A DNA stretch of 64,000 bases from the human T2T-CHM13v2.0 reference genome, Homo sapiens. The stretch's first letter is position 1; each line of letters begins with the position of its first letter. Positions 56,119-64,000 of this stretch are shown here, in pieces. The notes under the pieces were generated by a model. That model saw only the letters and a list, made by a program, of their open reading frames with translations, ran no database searches and had not been told where the DNA came from. The position numbers and the translations under genes are program-made. The stretch is taken from the NCBI RefSeq assembly GCF_009914755.1, contig NC_060943.1. The stretch is one strand, 5' to 3'.

Positions 56119-57285
56119 TTATTTTGCCCTCCTGCTCCTCGGGAGGCTTCTGTCCTGAGCTCGCCTTAGCTAATCCTGCGTTACCGTTCGGCAGGTGTGC
56201 GCCTCAATCTCCCCACCTTACCGCCAGGGAACTTAGCCTGACGACACTCCGCCCCATCGGGTCAGGGAAAAACGGTAGGAGTAGTGGAATTTCACATTTC
56301 GCCCTCTGCCTGCATGGCCAGTCAACTCCGCCCCTCGCGGAAACAGGGGGTGGGCGCGGGACCAACTACTGATCCCCTCCCCTGTCTCTTCACAGCGCTG
56401 CAGTCAGGCTCAGCCGATGCTTCTTTCCTGCAGGTTCCGCCGAGCCCGTCCCTTGGCGGTGGTGTCACTGGATGCTGGGAAGAGATGGTGGGAAGAGCCT
56501 CCATCCATTGGCGCGTCACTAATTAGACAAGGAGGCCTTGGGCTCCCTTGAGAGAGTCACGGTTTCTCCTCCGTTGACCCGCCCTTCATTGAACTCCTTT
56601 ACTTGGATATTCAGAGCGCTGGACAGAGATCACTTGGCGCTAACACCCTCGGAGGTCCTCACGGCGCTCCGTCGGAATGACACAGTCGGATTCCCAAGCT
56701 GCGAAGGGTGAGGGAGGGACTGCAGCGCAGGAACTGAGGAGGAGAGGCCCGCGCGCCCACTGGAGCCGAGCGGTGAGGAATAACCGGACCGACCCCCGAC
56801 GGTGCGTGGTGAGTCTCCCCAACCTGCACCATTCGCGCCCCGAGGCGCCCCAAGCGCGGCTGGGAGGCCAGCTGTGGCTGGGACGATTCACTAGAAGGGC
56901 CGGCCTGCGTCGAGTTTCCAGGGTGGCCGCCAGTGACCCCGGCGGGGCCCATCCCCCTTGCCCTCAGAGCCCGCCCCGCCCCGCTCCCCTGTGGCACCGC
57001 CACCGCTACTCCAGGAGGCACAGTGGGGAGGAGAAGGGGGTGGGGAGCCTAAGGAGAGGAGTGAAGGTGTCCTGGCCTGCCTTGGGGAAGGGGCGGGGGC
57101 GGGTGCCTCTGGGACACCCAGCCCGGGGGATCAGCCCTGAGAGCCAGTCCTTACCCTGAAGTTACAGATCTGGCTTCCAGATTTCTGTAACCTACCTTGT
57201 TCCAACACAGGCCTGAGGCTGTTCCTGTTAGAGACCTGTTGCGGATACGGGTAGGGCCCTGCGGGAGATTTACATCTCCAGTCTT
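55362..57285 (-). pseudogene. Diverged 28S rRNA fragment (3' half)
   Basis: Reverse-complement 28S landmarks: gggagctgctctgct, gggcggattctgacttagagg, ccatggcaacaacacatcatca, tgacacctcctgcttaaaacccaaaaggtcaga, gcgcgtcactaattaga, gaagttacagatc. Confidence 0.92.
56077..56125. repeat. (TTTA)n microsatellite inside the 28S fragment
   Basis: Direct read. Confidence 0.95.
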
Positions 57286-58189
57286 CCCCCCCGCCCCCCG
57301 CCCCCCTTGTTTTTCACAGACAGGCTAGAGCAGCGGCGCTATCATAGCTCACTGCAGCCTCGAACTGGTGAACTGGAGGGATCTTCCCAACCATCTTTTG
57401 TCTTTTTTAAGAAGAAAAATACAAAAGCTTTTATATAGGCTTACACACAGCTACAGAGCAAATCTTTATCGTATATCCAAGATTATCAACCACTTGACTG
57501 TACAACCAGGAATCATAACACATTTGAGAACAACCAGTGGCAAAATAGGAAAATGGGCCAATGAAGAAGATAGGTGACTAATAAATAAAAATCTGATATC
57601 AAGTGTAGGCAAGTTGTAGGGAAAATGGGTGATGAACGAATAGAACAAATGCCTGGGGTAAACATCATTCGAAAGCCCAGAAAGAAGCTTTTAGACATCT
57701 TTATTGCTTTTTGGGGGGGCGGGGGGGGTGGGGTTCTGGAGGATTGATGGCTGAACTCTCATGAAAAGGGTGCAGTCAGAGAACAAGAAAGAGTTCCCAG
57801 GAATTAAAATTGTAAACAGAAAAGCAAATTCAGGGTAATTGCTGAAAGACCCACCAAAGGATCTCCAAGATACAATTGAGAAAATCAACCCTAACATAAA
57901 GGCAAAAGACAAAGGTGGGTTATTTGAGCGAGAAGTGGTTTGAGGATTTGCAAATATTTGTTTAGTATTGAATATGTGCCAAGCACACATTACAGAATAC
58001 GTTACTTATGGGAAGTAACTTAGCCTTGAAGTAGCTCTGTGAGGATGCATGTGTTTCCTTTACCTATAATTCTATAGGAAAGGCAATTTTTAAAAATAAA
58101 TCAAGGTTGGATTTCATCAATTTTACAGAATACGCATAACTTTATAAAATTTTCAAAATTCTCTAAAAACCTATTGAGATAATTAAACA

Positions 58190-58800
58190 AGCGTTTTTCT
58201 CCTTTAGTCTGTTAATGTGGAGAAGTATTTTCTGATGTTGAAACATACTTGCATTCCTGATATAAGCCATACGTATGATAACATATTTTGCTTGTTTGCT
58301 ATTATTAATTCTGAATTTGGTTCACTAAGATTTTGTTTGATTTTGCATGTATATTTGTAAGTGAGATTGGTCTATAATTTTCTTGTGTGGTTTTGGTATC
58401 ATGCTATAACAGCTTCTGAAAATGTGTTAGAAAGTGTTTTCTTGTTAAAGTTTTAAACCTTCTGAGAATTGGTTGAGGAGGAGCTTGAAAATTTGTTAAA
58501 ATTCACCATAAAAATATCAGGACCTGAAATTTTGTTATTGTTGTCAGTAAATAAAAATTATCAACTGTCTTTTTAATTGCTTTACTGATTATTGCTCTAT
58601 TCATAATATCCATTTTTTCATGAGTCAGTTTTGGTAATTTACATTTATCGAGATAGTTGTCCGTTTCATCTAAGTTTTAAAATATATTGGTACAGCTATT
58701 GTGGTATTCTCTGAATAATTTTAAAATCTCTCTTGTGTCTTCCTGATTTGTCCTATTTAAATTTTTTTGATTAATCAATTTATATTTTCATATTGTTTTC
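58190..58800 (-). mobile_element. Old L1M fragment
   Basis: tttctgatgttgaaacatacttgcattcctg, gtgagattggtctataattttctt. Confidence 0.7.
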
Positions 58801-59899
58801 TCTCTCTCTCTCTCTCATAATGTTATGGTTTAGATAGGAATGGTCCAGGGTGGAATGACACAAGTAAAGAAACAATAATGTGGTTTTGTGTACTATAAGG
58901 AAACATATAAAAGAAGGCATGGGAATACAAAGGAATCAATTAATTGCACATTAAGTATTTGTTAAGGTCCAATAATTTGAAAAATATTAAGAAAAGTGAT
59001 ACTGTCCTTGCTGGACATAGGACATTAAACAGACCCTGTTAAACAATGTTGAGAACAAATTAAGGCTATTTAAGGTAGTTCGATAGCAGTCAATTATAAA
59101 ATGTGCATATCTTGTGATTGAGCAAATGCACTTCTAGATATTACTATATAGAAATGTAGAAGTGTGCCAAGCTAAACAACCATAGATGTTCATTGCAGCC
59201 CTGTTTGAATGGTCATAGAAAATCCGGGATGAGAGTCCAAAGACTCAGCAAACAACAATTTAGCAATTTTGCTACTGCATAAAAGGGTGCCCCCTTTTCA
59301 AGCCCACAACAGAGATGTTGCTACTAATCCTGAATTCAACCCAGTTTGTTGCACATTTTAGGATTTCATCCTGATGACTAATTTTAGGGTCACCTATATT
59401 TGGTTACCACCTCTATTTGGTTGCAAATAAAACCGAGCACAAGTTGACTGGCAGAAAAAGAGACTGTGCTAGCTCATATCATTGTAAAGTCAGCCAGAAA
59501 TTTGGCTTATGGCAAAGTTTGGTCTAAGACTCAAACAATCTCGCTAGATCTCCTGACAGTAGGGAAGATGGTGGGTCCCAGTTTTTTTTGTTTTGTTAAT
59601 CAATAGTGAGGATTGGGAATGTGGAGAAGAAAGGAGGAAGATGCAGTAAAAAAAAAAAAAAAAATGCTTTGGACTTTCCAGACCCTGCATCATTTTGTTT
59701 TGGGATTGGCTTCCTTCTTCCTTTTTAGTGCTTCATGATTCACCCTTCATCCTACAGACATAGGTGTTGATGATGGATCATTGAGGGATGTGCTTGACAT
59801 TTTGGGAACAAGTGGCCTTTGAGGATGGGACTGTGGATGTGGCCTCTGTATCCCAGTCAGATAAAACTATACAGAAACATAATTTTCTTATATATTTTG

Positions 59900-60790
59900 G
59901 ATATTATCTTCTTATCAGATGTATATATTTACAAATATATATGTATATATTTACAAATATATTCTCCTCCCATTTGTAGGTTGTCTCTTTGCTCTGCTGG
60001 CCTTTTTTTTCTTTGCTGTATAAAAGCTTTTTAGTTTGATGAAATCCCGTTTGTTTATATTTGGTTTTGTTGCTTATGCTGTTGAGATTTTATCCAAAAA
60101 CTCTTTGCCTAGACCAATGTCATGGATTTTCCCCCTATATTTTCTTCTAGTAGTTTCATAGTTTCAGTTCTTACATTTAAGTCTTTATTTAATACATTTT
60201 GAGTTAATTTTTTGTGCATGGTGAGGGATAGGGTCTAGGTTCATTCTTCTGCATATGAATATCCAATTCCCCAGCACCACTTATTGAAGAGGCTGTCCTT
60301 TCCCCATTGTGTGCATGTGGCTCCTTGGCTGAAAATCAGTTAGCTAGAGATGCATGGGTTTATTTCTGGGATTTTTATTCTGTTTCATTGATCTATGTGC
60401 TTGTTTTTATGCCAGGACCATGCTGATTTGGTTACTATAGCTTTGCAGTATGCTTTGATTGTCAGGAAGTGTAATGCCACTAGCTTTGTTCTATTTGTTT
60501 AAGATTGCTTTGGCAACTCAGGGTGTTTTGTGCAGGTTTTAGGAATTTTTGTGGTTTCTAATTTTAGGATCTTCTACTTCTTCGAAGAATATCATTGGTG
60601 TTTTGACAGAAATTGCATTGAATCTGTAGACCACTTTGGGTGGTAAGGACATTTTAGCAATATCAGTTCTTCCAATTCATGAACATGGAATATCTTCTAT
60701 TTGTGCGTGTGTCTTTTTCAATTTATTTCATCAATGTTTTACAGTTTTCATTATAAAGGTCTTTTACTTCCTTGGTTAAATTTACTTCTT
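59900..60790 (-). mobile_element. L1M ORF2 fragment
   Basis: ttcattcttctgcatatgaatatccaattccccagcaccacttattgaagag. Confidence 0.85.
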
Positions 60791-60950
60791 TTGTTTCAGC
60801 TATCATAAAAGATAGCTTAAAAATTTTAGCAGTAGATAGCTAAGAATAAATTGTATTCTTTTTCAGATAATTCATTATTGGCTATTACTGGTATTACTGG
60901 TGGACTATTGCATAGCATGGTTGATTAGAGTTAACAATAATGTATTCCAT

Positions 60951-61245
60951 ATTTCTTTTTTTTTTTTTACTTTTATTTTTTGAGACAGGGTCTCGCTCTG
61001 TTACCTACACTGAAGTATACAGTGGCACAATCTCAACTCACTGCCAACTCAGCCTCCCCAGCTCAAGCAATCCTCCCACCTCAGCCTCCTGAGTGACTGG
61101 GACTACAGGTGTATGCCACCATGCACAGCTAATTTTTGTCTTTTTGTAGAGACAACAACTCGCTATATTGTCCAGCCAGCATAGTCTTGAACCCCTGGGC
61201 TCAAGCAGTCCACCCATAATGGATGAGAAAGTGTTGGGATTACAG
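60951..61245 (-). mobile_element. AluJ
   Basis: gagacagggtctcgctctg...ctcaagcaatcctcccacctcagcc. Confidence 0.9.
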
Positions 61246-62548
61246 CTGAGATGGGATTGCGGGGGGCGGGTTGGGGAAGGTGAGGTTCAGAGAGGGCAGG
61301 GCCTGCAGGGAGAGGGGCTGCAGGGAGCTAGATACTGCCCCCCAAGGAGGAGGGAGCACTGTTCCCATCAGAGTGCACATCTCCTTGCAGCAGCTGCACA
61401 AATAGAGAGCCCTGGCCAGGCTGATGGAGCCTCCCATGCCTGCTTTGCCCCAGGGTGTGGATTCTGAAATCTGTGCCCCTAACGGGTGGGACTGAGGTCC
61501 ACAGTGACATCCCAGGGGAATCTATGATTCCAAACTCCAGCCACCCTGCCTACAAAATAGGAAAACGCTATGCTTTTCCTATTAAATCCCAAATTCCATC
61601 AGTGCAAGCTCTCACCCTCTAAATCAGAAAGTTCAGTCATTCCTGGCGTCCTCCCACACCCCCAGCCTGACTTGCAGACACACAGGGTGGCTGACACCTG
61701 TCCCTGCTCCTCCCCCTGGCCCAGCTGCTGTGCATCCTGGAGGTGATGAATGATCAGGACAAGGGAGCCTAGAGCGGGCCCCACAGCTGTCAGGAAGCCA
61801 GGACTCAGCCTCCAGGCGGCAGTCACCCTGGTGCCACAGCGACAGCGCTGATGGCCATTCTGAAGACTGGGGGTGTCAGGAGAGCTGGGCGTCCCACAGA
61901 ACTGCACAGAATAATGGGGAACGAGGGTGACACAGGACTCAGGATTTCAGATGGGTAGGTAGGCTCAGCTGGGAGCTCAGGGACAGACCTGAGGAGCCTC
62001 AGTGGGAAGTGCTGAAGTGGAAAGTTCTGGAATGTTTCAGGAAAAAGGCTGGAGGCTTAGAGGAAAGGCTGTCGCTCCTAATATGGCTGGCAACCCTGGA
62101 TGGGCTGTGTTCCTCCCACCTGCCCATCCTCTCACTGCTGCCACCTCTAGGGACACAACCTCTCTTCATGTCCACCTTCCCAAACTCACCTGCACTCCTC
62201 CATTATCTGACTTTATGTGAAAGCAGTGCTAAGATCCCTCTCCTGCAATGCAAGAAGGAGATGAGAGGCCCGGGTCCCCACAGACAACTCAGCAGTGGGG
62301 TCCTGCTGAAGTGGGACCGGGCAGAATCATGCACTCCCAACATCCTGGATCCTGACTGGGGGTAACAGTGAAGTTCAAAGACCATGCCATCAAAATCTCC
62401 AGAGTGAGGCTCCTCCCTGGGGTCCCTGAGGTCTGTCCAGGAGCTGCTCCCTGAGCAAATCTAGAGCGTGGAGGGCTGGGGTTGTGGCAGTAAAAGCAGC
62501 CACATTTGTCTCAGGGTGGAAAGGGAGACGGTGAGCTCCAGTAAGGGC

Positions 62549-62578
62549 AAGGGCGCCATCTAGTGGGCGCCTCCTGCT
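62549..62578 (-). promoter_or_regulatory. CTCF consensus motif
   Basis: Minus strand CCACTAGATGGCGC at 62566-62553, next to a second weaker TAGCAGGAGGCGC. Confidence 0.65.
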
Positions 62579-62747
62579 AAGGAGCAAGGAGACCAGGAGA
62601 GCGGAGATCAGGGCTGGCCTTGGACTAAGGGGTGAGTTCAGGTGGAGGGGACTGAGGTGTAAGGAGGCGGGTGAAGTGGGGAAGTGGTGGGGAGACATGG
62701 GAGGAGCAGGTGAGGGGAAGCTTCAGGGAAGCTGCGGGAGGGCACAG

Positions 62748-62940
62748 CAGGGCTCTCCACTCCTCAGCATTGACATTTGGGTGGTCAAACTGGTGGGGCT
62801 CTGTGAACTGCAGGGTGTTCAGCACCATCCACCCACTCAATGCCAGCAGGACTCCCTCCCCCAGCTCTGACAACCAACAATGTTTCCAGACTTTGCCAAA
62901 TGTCCCCTAGAGGGCAAAATTTCCCCTGGCAGAGTCACTG
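62748..62940 (+). mobile_element. MER20 DNA transposon
   Basis: ttgacatttgg...gacaaccaacaatgtttccagactttgccaaatgtcccc...cactg. Confidence 0.85.
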
Positions 62941-64000
62941 ATCCACACTAATCTCTAATAACAATTCACCAGTAAAATCCTTCACTTGGGAGAAGAATCG
63001 CATGTGTGGGAAGAGTAGAAACTTATATCTTCAATATCTGTCAAAATGGCTTTCATTTATTCCATAATTTGATGTACCAGGAGAAGGCATGTTTAGAGAT
63101 GATGCCATTTGGCTGCCTGTACCTCACAGCAGGAATGACATGGGCTTTCCAAGGATCTATACAACAAAAACCAGAATGACACACACTGAGTTACACTACA
63201 AAGTGGGACATGGGGGATCCTGTAGACATTGAAAGAAGAAAATGCATGACCCCAAGGCACCAGATAGTCCACTCTGATGCTCTCACCATCCTAGAAAACA
63301 TCTCAGCCATGAATGCAGTCACATATGTCATTAGGAAGGAATGTCTTATTAAGGGGAAAATTGTAGCAAAGGAATTTCTGTTTATGTTCAAATTTGTAGA
63401 CTTTTGTATTATTCTTTAAATAAGAATCTACTCTCCCCCAAAATGAATGCAATCAGTGTCTGGACAGTGTTGGGGTCTTACTCCTGGCCCCTGGGAGCTG
63501 GGAGCTGACAGTGCCCTGCTGCCCCAGCCCTGGGCCTTCTCTGAACCTCAAGAACACTGGATGGCCCCCATTTAGGGAGTAGAGAGGAGAGGTCTTTTAA
63601 ACATCCTCACCAGTCACCTCTCCACCTTTCAGACCCTGGGCAGAATCTGTTGCCCACTCTTGGATTTGATCTTTAAGTTACTGACTTTAAAGCATTTTGA
63701 CACTTTTTTTTTTTTTTGGTAGTCAGAAGCTTTCCACCTCCTTGGGAAAAGTGATTCTCTACTCTATGTACAGGAATAACCAGTAGAAATAGAGAAAAAA
63801 TGCATTAATATTCAGAAAGAAGATGATCTCTATGTGAACAAATGAAAGCTTAAAATCATCAGAGTCAACATAAAATCAACATTGCCAGTGCTAAAACTAC
63901 AAAAGTGACATTAACGGTGAACTAGAAGAATAAAACAAGCATTACAGTTGCTGGTAAACCTAAATCACTTATTTTTTTAAAAGACCATTCTGGTATATTG

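Noticed and set aside
56659-57159. 120-160 aa ORFs
   Set aside because: They lie in GC-rich 28S expansion-segment sequence where stops are rare.
61599-61907. Minus-strand ORF with an acceptor-like site and hydrophobic tail (GPI-type exon?)
   Set aside because: No recognisable Ig or LU domain and no supporting upstream exons; no CEACAM coding exon was identified in the window.

Overview
Primate (human-like) repeat-rich genomic DNA. From recall, not verified, it is probably the 19q13.2 interval containing PLEKHA3P1 upstream of the CEACAM cluster. 0.2-17.4 kb is a ~73-bp palindromic SATR1/SATR2-type satellite array carrying three insertions: an SVA2, a solo LTR2-family LTR and a full-length PLEKHA3 retrocopy. 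21-43.7 kb is an old inverted-plus-tandem duplication cluster heavily interrupted by L1, Alu and ERVs (LTR1/HUERS-P2-like provirus, LTR5A, PABL). The rest holds a diverged 28S rRNA (plus probable 3'ETS) fragment at 55-57.3 kb, old L1/Alu and a strong CTCF motif. Main finding: the duplication cluster contains four collinear paralogs of an unrecognised ~100-aa amphipathic-helical ORF. These are 22954-23274 (-), 27726-~28050 (+), 35055-~35360 (+) and 41663-41959 (+), with homologous CCAAT/TATA-type promoters and AATAAA signals. Two copies keep an open frame: one ATG-to-stop, one with an ACG at the homologous start. Repeat subfamily names come from recalled consensus sequences, not from a search.
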